Assembly (NCBI GenBank): GCA_028534125.1
Contig: CM052818.1
Coordinates: 31,126,001 to 31,190,000 of the forward strand
Direction: 5' to 3'
Source: Lama glama
Lineage: Eukaryota
DNA: 64,000 nucleotides
Positions within the stretch are counted from its first letter, which is position 1. Each line of letters starts with the position of its first letter. A program made the translations under genes and the position numbers. Below, piece by piece: positions 1-12,034 of the stretch. The notes beneath the pieces are model-generated. The model ran no database searches. It saw only the letters and a program-made list of their open reading frames with translations, and had not been told where the DNA came from.

Positions 1-269
1 AGCCACATTCTGTGGAGACAGGGCAATCTCTTGAAGGACATGCTGTGCTGTAGCTGTTCCAAACCACAGACAATATTTAGTTTCTCAGATGTTTGGGTTA
101 TCAGCTGAGTTTCCAGATTTGCAGCAAATAATCTAGTTTTCTATGAGTGAATGTCCCAACCTCAGTTAATGGTCATGAGGTACAGGGTTGACCTAGATTA
201 TTGAAATTCGTAGGTTCTCCTCTTCTAGCCAGTAGGGCCAACATTGTAAGTCCTTCTTCTGACAACTTT

Positions 270-675
270 CTATGTTAATTTGCCAGGATTTGCTGTAATA
301 AAAATACCACAAACTGAGTGGTTTAAACATCAGAAATTTATTTCCTTATAGTTCTGAGATTAGAAGTCAGAGATCAGGATGTCTCTGAAGGCACTCAGCA
401 AGATCTGTTCCAGGATTCTTTTATAGCTTCTGGTATTTCCTTGTTTTGGGCAGAGGTAACTCCAGTCTCCACACGGCGTTCTCCCTATATGCATATCTGT
501 CTCTGCATCCAAAATTTCCTCTTTTCTAAAGACACCAATTACGTTAGATTTGGGCCCACCTGAATGACCTCAACTTAACTTGATCACCATCTATCCAGAT
601 TAGGTTACATTCTGAGGTACTAGGGGTTAGGAGCCCAACATTTATATTAGAGCAGATAGTTCAACCCACAACACA
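270..675. mobile_element. MaLR LTR (MLT1-like)
   Basis: aaataccacaaactgagtggtttaaaca..agaaatttatt..agttctg and ggttacattctgaggtactaggggttaggac-like end. Confidence 0.8.
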
Positions 676-2049
676 TTCCAACAGCCTATAGTTGCAGAAT
701 GTTGGTCTCAATTCAGACAGGAGTCAGACCCAGGCTTCTTATGAACCTTTCCAGGGCTCCCCTATAAAACGAAGGGGTAGAACAGGTTATCTTAAGACTG
801 CCTTCTAGCTCTAAAATCCTCTAGGCTTAGAATATCTCTTCCCCTTCATCAAAACTTTTCCATTTGATGTTCAGTCCCTGTGTGCCTGGCTCTCTACTAA
901 GGACTCTCTCAGTAACAGGTTAAGTCACTTGAAAACAACTTGAAACCAGTGAAATGACACTTGTCTGCAGAACTACAAATGTCCTTGGTGACAAAATTAT
1001 CCTGTGTGGGCTGGGAAACCCACCCCACACAGCAGGCATTCTGAAGCTGACAATGAGGGCTCCCCCAAAGCACTCAGCACCCAGACTCCAAGCACTTACT
1101 AGCACAGGTTTCTGCTTTGCTAGCATCTCTTCACACAGACATTTGAGTCTGAGTTAGATGGACATCCAGCTTTGCATGCCCCCTACAGGCCCATCACCCG
1201 TGGGAGAAGCCAGTGGGAAACACTGGCATGTGTGTTCCCCGTGGGAGGAGTGCATTTTCCACTTTTTTTCCTTTTCTTTCCCCAACCCCTGCTCACTGTG
1301 GAAAAACTTAAAACTGTAGAAACATGTAAAGAAGGCATGAAAACAATCAACCACAGTCTTACCATTCAGAGGCAGTTACTGTGCCAGCTTGTGATTTTTA
1401 CTTCCGGAATTTTCCTGAACCATTGTATAGCATAGTTGAAATCATATTGAGTATATTATTTTGAGCCCCACTTTTTTTTTTCATTTGATAGTCTCACAGA
1501 ATTTTGCTAAGGCTGGTTTAATCAGCCTCATAACAAATATCATTTGGGCGAGTGTAACCCCATTGATGAAGCAGAAATCCAGTTTGAGTCAATTCTTTGG
1601 CTCCACGGGTGGTTGTTCTCCACATTGACTCTGGGGTTTCTTCAGGCCCAAGAGGATCGAGGAGGTGTCTTATTTACCATTATCACACTCTCTCCAAATT
1701 ATAATCCCCCTCTTGCCAGGTCACCAATGAAAGGAAAATTGGTCAAGGCACTTCTTGGCACTCCAGTGAGAAAAGGAGGAATCTGAGAATCAACGAAGTC
1801 CAGGGCTAAATGTGGGGCAGCACCCAGAGACATTACCACTGAGGGGTCAGAGTGTCCTGAGTGTCCTGAGGGGTCAGAGAAGGTAGAGAGAGAGCCCAGG
1901 TGGGCACGGCTCAGCTCACGCATACTCCATCGCTGCAGATACTTGCTTGCCCACTGCATTAAATCCTCAGAGACTCCACAAGGTACTCATTCATCAGCCC
2001 CACTTTAAAGTTGGTGTAATGGATGATGAGATGCTCATTCAGGACTGAG

Positions 2050-2430
2050 ACCTAAATGTCATTCCCTTCCTGCTGGGCAAGTTGACAACTGAAGACTCTC
2101 AACTGAGTCCCTCTCCAGGCATTTCCCTGAGCCACCCTTGACTGAAGAGAATCAACCTCATCTGAGGTCATGCCCTCTCCCCAAAGGCAGCTTGCCCCTT
2201 GCTTCAAAGTGGGATAATTCTGAAGGGCCAGAGTCTAGACCTGCCCATGGGGTTAGCTGAGACCTTTGTGGCAATGGCCTGCACCCATTTTCTTCTGTCC
2301 ATAACCCCTCTCTATCCTGGACTTCTTCCTTCATTCCCTTACAAGCACTGATCCCAGCAACACTCCCCAGTAAACCCTATACACATAAATCTTCTCAGTC
2401 TGTTTCTCTGGAACTTGCTCTAAGACCATT
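2050..2430 (+). mobile_element. ERVL LTR (LTR16-like)
   Basis: ctcaactgagtccctctcc...cactccccagtaaacc...ctcagtctgtttctctggaac..ctaagac. Confidence 0.6.
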
Positions 2431-2734
2431 AGACCATGAGTCATTGACACACTGTGAAGGAAGGGGGTACAGAAATGCACACCTTCCCTCTAGGACTCCT
2501 GAAGACCGGGTGCTCCCCTAGCACCGCCCTGAGGGAAAAGAGGAGTGTGTATAGGGGAGGCACAGTGCTCTCTGAGAAAGAGCAGGCCTGGATAGGGTGG
2601 CAGAACAGGAGCCTTTAGATAGCGAGAGGTGTGGTCCAAGCACTGAACTATTGGAAGTATCCCCACTCATAAGAGAGACAGTAGAAAATGACCCAGGAAG
2701 TGAGAAAGAGACTAAACCCGTGCCTCTCAATCGT

Positions 2735-2900
2735 GGCTGAACACTAGAATCACACAAGGATCTTTTCAAATACATTATTACCAGGAGCACTCTCACTCAA
2801 CCCTGAGATTCTGACTTGACTGGTCAGGGGTAGGGCCCAAGAGTGGTTTTTAAATCTTCCCAGGTGATTCTAATGCACAGGCAGAATGGCAAATCATTTA
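2735..2900. mobile_element. MER5-like hAT DNA transposon relic
   Basis: tagaatcac...gagattctga...ggggtagggcccaag...cccaggtgattctaatgcac. Confidence 0.75.
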
Positions 2901-3109
2901 GCTGTCAGACACGTTTACTCTGCCCTCTGCTGGACGGGCACTGACTTACCACTGAAGATCATTCACTGGACCCAGGGCTGAGCTGGCAGAGGGGTCTCTG
3001 TGAAGGCTGGGAGACCCCTCTGACAGCACCAGTGTGCCAGCAGGGCCCATGTGTGCATGTGATGAGGAGGATGCCTTTTCTAAGTAGTGGACCAGCCTCA
3101 ACCAGGGCT

Positions 3110-3300
3110 ACTGCAGGGATTCACTCTCAATGCATGCTCCCCTGAGACGCCTGTCAAACCTGTAGATTCTCTGGCCCCACCCCAGAGACCTACTAAACAG
3201 AAATCTATAGGGTGAGGCCTGGAAATCCACGTTTTTTAACACACCCCCAGCGTCCCCTCTCAATGAATCTTGTGCACTTAAGTTTGAGAACTGCTACTGA
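3110..3300. mobile_element. MER5A-like hAT DNA transposon relic
   Basis: gattctctggccccaccccaga..cctact..aga aatct..gggtgaggcctggaaatc...aagtttgagaactgct. Confidence 0.75.
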
Positions 3301-4970
3301 GAGCTCGTTTCCAGGGAACTTGTTCTTTATACCAGTTAGCTGATAGAAAAGCTTTGCTTTCTTTGCAGCAAAGGCCTGCTCACCTGCTCCTGGCACACTG
3401 GAGCAGGAGTTCAGTTCCTCGATGACCAGATCAGCTCGCCAAGGAGGATCTGAGCAGAGCCTGAGAATCCTCTTCAGCAAATTCTTTCTAGTTAGTTTTT
3501 TTGTTTTGTTTTCTTTTTTTCCCTTTTAGTAGCTCTGGTAAACATGGCTGGTGAATTGCCCCAAATATTTTTTCTTTTTTTGTATTGTGCCATTCAATCG
3601 ACAGTTTTGCATAATAAAAGGTTACCATGATGAGTGAACAAGAAATGAATCAAGCTTGATTGTTCAGATGCAGAATTTGCCCCCGAGCACACGATACTTA
3701 TCTTCCCGCTTGGCCCATTGTCTAATGGTGTAAGTATGGCTCGAAGGTGGATAAAAATAGATATTAATAGGCTTATACACACCTCCCCAGTAGCATCTCT
3801 ATCAAGGAGGACGCTTTTTGGGGTCACAACTGGCATCTCTGAGCCTGATCTTCACACGGCCTCTGTGTATTCCTCAGACACAGTACTCGGCAGTTTTAAC
3901 TTCCTCATTCAGTTACTTTATGAGGATGCCATCATTCATATTAATGAAATTACTTTGATTATCTTCCTAGACAGTGTGTCAGTGGGCAGTTAGCAGCCCC
4001 ATAAAGAGCACCATGCAAATTTTCTGCTGATTCAGACCCAGGGTTTCCCCTTTCTTTTTTCTCTAAGGCCCCCACTGCTCTCCTTTTTTTTTTCTGGGGA
4101 TTCATTTATCTGCTCTGTTGTAGCTCCTTTGGTCACCCCAAGACTGGCTTAGATGGAGACAGTCTCTTCAGGACATCCCTTTCTTTCCATCCCATCAGAT
4201 GAGCATAGACATCCTTTTTAGTGAATTTTCTTGTTCATTACGTTGGGGGACAGATGGGGAAACCCAGAAACCCATGGGCAGAAGCTGCGCTGGCTTGACT
4301 GGGCTCGGGCTCTTTTCAGACAAATGACTCAAACCAAGCAGTCCTGCTGCAGCCCCATGTGAATTTGGGTTAGTCCTGCCACCAGGTTCAGTGTCTTCCT
4401 AGTCCCTGTAGGAACCTGCTTGTCGATCTTTGGCCTGGGCACCCTGCCTCTTCCTCCCCAAGGTCTGCTCACTGACAAGGTCAGTCACTGATTTTTCTGG
4501 GCAAGACCATCATTTCCCCACTCGGTTACCAAATGCCTTTCCTCTCTCTCTTCAAGCCATTCTGCACCAACTTGGAACCCATCTTATCTGTACCTGTCCC
4601 TACTCCACCCCGTTTTTCACCTTTCAGGAAGAAGGAAGGGTTTTCTACAGGCCCCTGGGATAGCTCAAAAATGAAAGTAGGGGTAAGCTTACCCTGCTCC
4701 GCCCTAGCCCACTCACACGCATTGACTGACCTACGCCTCCTTGCCTCCAATTTCTGAGAGTGTCTGTACTGAGGAAGCAAGCAGTAACAGTCTTCTATCC
4801 TGTCGCCTCACCCATCTGTAGTGTCAAGACAGTTCTGGTTCATGCACCTTCCTCAGGCTGCAATGACAGTGACCACCCTCGGACTGTGCTTTCATGGACA
4901 TGGGTGCCCACTGATGGAGCTTACCCTGACGGATGCCAGAACATTGGAAGGGACAGAGCAGCCCCCAGTG

Positions 4971-5470
4971 NNNNNNNNNNNNNNNNNNNNNNNNNNNNNN
5001 NNNNNNNNNNNNNNNNNNNNNNNNNNNNNNNNNNNNNNNNNNNNNNNNNNNNNNNNNNNNNNNNNNNNNNNNNNNNNNNNNNNNNNNNNNNNNNNNNNNN
5101 NNNNNNNNNNNNNNNNNNNNNNNNNNNNNNNNNNNNNNNNNNNNNNNNNNNNNNNNNNNNNNNNNNNNNNNNNNNNNNNNNNNNNNNNNNNNNNNNNNNN
5201 NNNNNNNNNNNNNNNNNNNNNNNNNNNNNNNNNNNNNNNNNNNNNNNNNNNNNNNNNNNNNNNNNNNNNNNNNNNNNNNNNNNNNNNNNNNNNNNNNNNN
5301 NNNNNNNNNNNNNNNNNNNNNNNNNNNNNNNNNNNNNNNNNNNNNNNNNNNNNNNNNNNNNNNNNNNNNNNNNNNNNNNNNNNNNNNNNNNNNNNNNNNN
5401 NNNNNNNNNNNNNNNNNNNNNNNNNNNNNNNNNNNNNNNNNNNNNNNNNNNNNNNNNNNNNNNNNNNNNN
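4971..5470. other. Assembly gap (500 N)
   Basis: Run of N. Confidence 1.
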
Positions 5471-5699
5471 CCTGAGGGAGCAGAGGTCACAGGAACGTTT
5501 CCCTGCTTCTCTTAGCCAAACATTCTGTCTTCTCCCAAGTCTAATCCTCAGCCAGCAGTGGCTGCCAACCAGCTGAGCTACATCATAAAGCTCACCTCTG
5601 AAATCTCCAGCTTCCTTTCAGGTACCCAAGTGAAGATACTTGCAGACAGCATTGCTGGGGGAGAATCTCAGGGCAGAGGCATTCAGGATGGGCTTGCTC

Positions 5700-5808
5700 C
5701 TAGGATAAAGGCACATTCCTTCAACTCGGAAGCTGTCCTGATCCAGTGCCAGCGTCTCTGACGCTGTCTGAGAACCCTGTCTTCCTTCACCTGGGTCACT
5801 TTCTCCAG
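5700..5808 (+). promoter_or_regulatory. Candidate CAPN13 core promoter and non-coding exon 1
   Basis: GATAAA (TATA-like or GATA) at 5704-5709, then an ATG-free stretch ending ttctcCAG|GTAGGC at 5808. Exon 2 has an acceptor upstream of its ATG, so an upstream exon must exist. The end resembles my unverified memory of the human 5'UTR. Confidence 0.45.
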
Positions 5809-8800
5809 GTAGGCACGGGACTCATCTGTGACTCCCTGCCCACCTCACCTGTTCCAGGATGTAGCCGAGGCAGCTGGAGGGAGGCGGATGTTTCCTGTGG
5901 CAGCATCTCCATCCTGTCTCAGGCTCAGGGATGGATGTCAGACCCCCCCCCCCACCTGGCCTGTCCTTCCTATCCCCTTCCCTTAGACCCCCAGCCGCCC
6001 CCAGCCCAAGCAGGCTTCTGGACCATTCTGTTCCTCTCTCTTCCGACTGTCTCTCCTTCTTACCCCAGCCCTCACTTTCACATGCTCTGGCCTTCTTGGA
6101 TTGTTTTAGAAGTGGGGGTGAGAAAGAATGAAGGAAGGAGCATGAGAACCCTGAGAGGCTTAAAATCCCCCCTCAACCTGCTTTACTCACCCCCTTACAC
6201 ACACGTTTACACACAGGCTAACACACACAGAGCTGTTCTAAGTTCTGTCTTCCATGATGCTCTCAGACATATTTAATTCAGAAAGCTCTTGTTTTCAAGA
6301 GACTTTTCCCCTCCCGCTAGCTCTGGCCCTGACCCCACAAGCACAACCCCAGCCATTTGGGTGGAAGCTTGCTTTCAGAAAAGTCTCAGAGGAAGCAGCT
6401 TGGCCTGGGCCTTCTTAGGATACATGGCCGTCCTATGTCCCCAGGCTGGTTGCAAAAGGGAGTCTCTCCCAAAGAGAGACTACTTGGCTGCTGGTGCAAC
6501 TATCCCTCTGTCCCCACCCCTGGCACCCCAACACCATGACGGGGAGTGGACACTGGCAGAGCCAGAACAGGCTCCAGTCCAGGGCTCCGCCCACTCACCC
6601 TGAGGCCTCCGCGGGCCTGAGGCGCCCAGGGATGGCCGGGCACAGACCGGGATGCCCGAGGTAACGGGGCCAGAGGTCCAACTGCCGGTGCCCGTCCTTC
6701 TCTCTCCCCTGGGTGTGGCCAGAGTCAGTGCCCTGAATCTGTCACTGCAGGAGGGGACTTCAAAGAGCTGCACTGGGGAGTCTCGGCCATCGCACATCTG
6801 TCTTCCAGGTGTGCCTTGAGTACTCACATCTGAGGAGTGAGAAAGCGCAGTGGTGTTTGGATACAGTTTCCCCACTGCTGTCTGCTGGATCTGCACGTGA
6901 AAGCCTTTCGTTAGTGGACTTTGTCCCTCTCTGTGTCTAGGCCCTCCTGTCCTCCCCCTTTCTTCCTCGCCATCTCTGTCTCCACTGACGAGCTGCCTCT
7001 TTCTTGGTCTCTCTTCCCTCTCTTCCTCTCTGTCTCCTGCATTTTCTCTTTCCTTTTGTTTCACCTCACTGAAAGCCTAAGAACATAGGCCAGAAGGAAA
7101 TCCTGTAAGAACACATTGACTATCTAAATGCGGTATCGCCTTCCAAAGACATCATGTAAGAGTCCCTTCACTCAGGGTGCAGAGAGGAGGGAATCAGCCC
7201 TCCCTGGTTCCTGCCTTTGGGAAGTGAGCTTGTCTGGAGCCACCTGGGGGGTTTGGATCAGAAATAGTAGCTCTTAAAACCAGATTATAATTTGATACAT
7301 GACAGGCCCCAACTTCCTAAATCCCCCTAATTTGCTTAAGAGGGAGTTTGAATTAGCTAAGTGGGAAATATATCCTCTCTTCATAGGCGGAAAAAAAACC
7401 GTGCCCAGAAATCCAAGATCATGCCGAACATTACATGGTGTTTCTAGGACACATATAATTATGGAACCTGGAAAGAATGTTCTGCCTTGTCCTCAGAATA
7501 CATCGACAGTCTGCTCCAGAACTTTCTGGGCCTCTCTTGTAATTGAATGACACATCAAAGAAATTTGGGGGTGAGAAGGAGAATGTTTAGTGCAAATACG
7601 TTTCATTTTTGTGTGTTTGCACGTGCTGACCCTAACTTAACTGAAAGGAATATTCTTTTCAGTGGGTTCCTGTTTCACTGCCTGCCCAACAATATTATTT
7701 AGCATCCATAAGAACCCACATTCTCAGCTCCAGAAATGTAGAACGTTACAGTTGAAAAGCACAAAAGATTCAGCCCAGCCTTCTCTGTGTTCTACTTGGG
7801 GAAACTGAGGTGAGAGGCGAAGTGTGGCTTGCCCACAGCCCACAAGTTGTTGGGGCGATGCACTCCTTTCTGCCAAGCAGGAGCTCTCTCTGTCACCCTA
7901 CAGGGCGCCCTGGGAGGGACTCATCAGCTGAGGTTTCTGAGCTCCCTTAGGCTGTGAGTGCTCCAAGAGGCTGGGTCCATCTACATGGCGAGGCCACCAG
8001 CCAGAGAAGAGGCTGGGGTGGCGCCGTCTCTGGGCCCTGGAGAGCGGTTTCTGCTTCCTGCCTCTCTCGTGCCAGGCTGTTCCTCTCCTTGGCAGTCGGC
8101 CCCAGTGCTGAACCCGGAGTCACTGGCAGGCGATGGGTAGTTCTATTCTGAGCCCTCACTTCTCTGGCATCGGTCCCCGATCTGGATGCTTTGGCACCCA
8201 CTAAATCTGAACTCACATGACAGGCTTCTTTCATCAGCCCCTCTCCCATGGCCCTTGAATTAGAGATTATCTCAGACCCCTCTCAGCTGTAAGGAAATAG
8301 ACAGTAAGATGCCCCTTGGTGGGAACAGTGACATGCTTTGCTTACAGGCCAGATCACCAGCCTTGAAGGTGGGGGCTGCACAGGCATCTACTCCAAGTGC
8401 TGTCCAGATGCCTCTTGTTTGAGCTTAAGGCTCAATTTCCCCTTCTGCAAAGAGAGCCCTTCGTAGGCTTCCTCTGAGGCCACTTTCTGAGGCTGCAAGC
8501 CCCACTCATGACTGTCAGCCCAGTAAGGCAAGGAAACTCACTGAGATGATACTGAAGTGGGGGAATGACCCAGGGACAACACTGGTCTAGGTGTTAAATT
8601 CCATTTTAAAACATAAAATTTATGTTCATTTTCACCTTTCCACCACCTCTTACCAGCTGTCCTTGAGAAACAGTCACATGTCCTTCCAACTTACAGTAGA
8701 TTTGCACATGCACAAGTTTCCCTTTTTCTCTTTCTCCCTCCCTCCCTCCCCACTCCTCTTTGCTGTGGGTTTCCCCTTCTCTCTCTATTTCTCTTTCTCT

Positions 8801-11379
8801 CTCCCCGAAAGCCCTGAGGTGTTCGAGGTGGCATGCAGCTGAGAGTGGTTTGCACGGGGCTTTTTTCTGCCACAGAGCAGTTAAGTGCCTTATTTTCCCC
8901 ACTCGGGTGGCTAAATTATTCTCGATGTGTTAAACAGTGTAATTAAACACATCCACACGCCAGCGCGCCGGGCCCCTTCCCCCACCCTTCGTTGCTCCTT
9001 GTCGGCAGAGAGCGCATCAGCCCCAGCCTTCAAGCTCTGTTAGTTTTAATTTGAGTTGTGGAATTAGTAATGGGTTTTGCTGGAACACTGTTGTGGGAAA
9101 TAGATCGTTCCTTGGGCAGGGTGTGGGCACCATTTCAAATGAGTATTTGTTAAGGGGAGAACCGTCCCTCGTCATGTTCTGCTACATTACATCAGATTTA
9201 TTTCCATTGTTCTGGAAAACATCAGCCAGGAGAGAGCTGTGTGCATCACTCCCGGCCGGGGAACAACTGAATGCTGCTTCCCTTCTTACCGGATTGAAAA
9301 CAAAATGCAAACAGGATCCCCCTTTGTTGCTGGGATGTGCTAAGCTCATCCTGGAGGACAGGTCAGCAGGGCAAGCCCTGCACCTGTCACTGGGAGGTCT
9401 GTCCCATCATATCACTGGCAGAAAGTGACTGGATATGGTATGTTGGTGGCAGAAATACAATGTGGAAGAAAAGCAATTGAGTGGAGAGAACCCCAGCAGG
9501 TCAAAGTGTAAGGATCTGCGCAAAACAAGAATTCTTCTGCAACCCATCCCTTTTATAATCGTCCAACCTCAGCCTATCTCCATTGAAGGGTGTTTATGCC
9601 ATCTTGCCATTGGCAGCTCCTTCCTTCGGTGTGGTCCAACAAGACATCTGCTAGCCATGGTGGGGGGTGGTATTTAAATTTAAATGTAAATTAATTACAA
9701 TAACATAAAATTTAAAATTCAGTTCATTTGCCACATTTCAAGTGGTCAAAAGCTACATGTAGCTAGTGGCTGCTATACTGGACACAACTCTGGGGACCTA
9801 GAGTGTGGGAAGTCCAGGAAATAACTGGCCAGTGCCTCGGGTACCCCTGCCTGGTACCGCACCAGGGCACTGGGCATCTGGGGAGATCCTGACAGGATGT
9901 GGTCACAAGACCTACCCTGTAACTTTCATTACACTCCATGCCATGCCCTTTATAAGAATCTCCTCACTTAATACCCACCTAATGGTTAAGAGGCTGGTTT
10001 TATTGCCACCACCTCCAGCCCACTTTGTATGTAAGAAAAGGATGCTCAGAGATAGTAAGGGCGTTGTTCAAAGTCATTCAGTCCCTAAGCCACACCTGGA
10101 TTCAAACCAGAGTTTCAACCTGCTACTACAGGCTGTTGACCACCATTCGACCATTCATGATGTGACATCTTTTCTTTTTTCTTTTCCTTTTAAGGGACAA
10201 GGCAAGCTCCGTTTTCCAAATGTATGCATAGCCTTGGGAGTCAGAGAAGCAGCAAGGGGAAGCCCAATTGTGGGGCCAGAGGTGGTTAAATCCGTGCTCT
10301 CTCAGACCAGAGTTATTCTAGAGGGCTAGGGGTCAGAAATAAACTATAGGACTGGGTCCAACAGTCCCTGTGAATCCTTCAATTTGTCTGGAAATAAACA
10401 TTCCATTTCCAATGGAAATAAACATTTCCAGATTTCCAATGTCCCAGGAAGTAATCTGTAGGTCCCTTATGTGCTTGGCTGATGGCATGTTTGTGCTAGT
10501 TAGAAAAAGTTATCACCCTTCCTAGGTGAGTACAACTGCGTGTCAGGAAGCCATCCTTGCAAGACCGTTCCCTCCCTGGCCAGCCGCCCTGTGCTACTCT
10601 AATACCCTTCTTTGGATATTATTGAGGGTGTTGATGTACCTCTTGGAATGAGCTGAACATAATGTAGGGTCAAGAGCAGCGCTGCTTAGAGGGCTGGAGA
10701 CATCCTGTCTGAAGCAACCTCTTACGCTGCTGTGGGATGTGTCACCACACTGCCTCTTTAGAACAGGAAGTCAGATGAGCCGCACAGAATATTTTCCAAA
10801 CAAAATTTAGCCAAGGCAGATCCCACTCACTATTTACTTGCATGGTTAACTTTAAATGTGAAGACATTCATAGCTTCCTTGGTTGAATTCCATCTTCCTG
10901 GTTTTGAGGTCCTTTAGAATTTTGATTCTGCCATCTGCTTGGTTAATTTTTCTTGTTTTCTTTCTATCATTAAAAATGTGGGAAAGAGTTGAAAAGTATC
11001 TTCATTTTCATTTCAACCTCTTCTTCCAGGACCAAAATTAAAATGTTATACAGGACAAGGGACAAAGTTCTATGACTATTACAGTGCAATGATTGCAAGA
11101 TAATCCAGAATCATTAATCTATGACCTCTGGTTCAAACGGTAAATGGTGTTTACTATATTTTACTTTACAGTGCTACACTATGCAGTACTTCCGTTCTGT
11201 AAAATACTATAGCAGTCTAGTCTGATTTCACCATCTTATATATGAGGAATAAAGGGTGATTTTTATCATATACTTTTAAGAATCAATATATGAATAATGT
11301 ATATTATATATGTATATTATGCATATTATATGTAATAATATGTGTATTATTTTTAAAGTATTTGATCAAGATATTAGAT

Positions 11380-11479
11380 NNNNNNNNNNNNNNNNNNNNN
11401 NNNNNNNNNNNNNNNNNNNNNNNNNNNNNNNNNNNNNNNNNNNNNNNNNNNNNNNNNNNNNNNNNNNNNNNNNNNNNNN
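11380..11479. other. Assembly gap (100 N)
   Basis: Run of N. Confidence 1.
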
Positions 11480-11489
11480 ATTAAACTTC

Positions 11490-12015
11490 TAAGCAAAGAT
11501 TTATAGCATGTATATATTTGTATAAAATGAAGAATATCTGTGTTCCTCCAAAGACACTGTAAAGGAAGTAAAAAGATAAGCCACCAACTAGATGGTTGCC
11601 ACCAACTAGGAGAAGATGTTTGCAACATGTATGACCAACAAAATACGAGTATCCAGAGTAAACAAAGAATTCTTACAAGTCCATAAAAAAAGATAACTTA
11701 TAGACAAATGGGCATAAGATACCAATATGCATTTCATGTAAGAGGGAATATAAACAAAGAATAAACATATTGAAAGATGCTCAACCTTACCAGTAATTAG
11801 AGAGACACAAACTAAGCCTGCAAGGAGTGGCTATTTTATTCCCACCAGATGGGTGTGAATGAGTCCTGCCAGTGCTAAGTGTTAGTGAGGAGAGAGCAAT
11901 GGGAACTCTTTTACATTGCCAGTGAGGTTATAAATTGGTACAACCTTAGAAAATACTGTGACATATTTAGTGAAGTTGATCACATGCATACTGTCAACCC
12001 AGAAATTCCACTCAT
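11490..12015 (+). mobile_element. Old L1 fragment (3' part of ORF2), sense orientation
   Basis: A-rich. Motifs such as aaagatgctcaacctt, gggaactctt and ccagaaattccactc are typical of the L1 ORF2 end. Confidence 0.75.
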
Positions 12016-12034
12016 ACCATTCACACGTGCACTG

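Noticed and set aside
4760..5576. Longest ORFs in the track (180-251 aa)
   Set aside because: Artefacts of reading through the 500-N gap.
5611..5627. Alternative exon-1 donor CAG|GTACCC
   Set aside because: Weaker than the donor at 5808 and upstream of the TATA-like element.
6480..7064. 194-aa minus-strand ORF (likewise 5746-6276, 9805-10329, 24048-24596, 51645-52205)
   Set aside because: No recognisable domain. They overlap low-complexity or MIR/L2 sequence, mostly have non-ATG starts, and are of lengths expected by chance.
10390..10442. Short direct repeats (ggaaataaacatt twice; also 1840-1880 and 11580-11610)
   Set aside because: Two-copy local slippage duplications, not CRISPR-like arrays or TSD-bounded elements.
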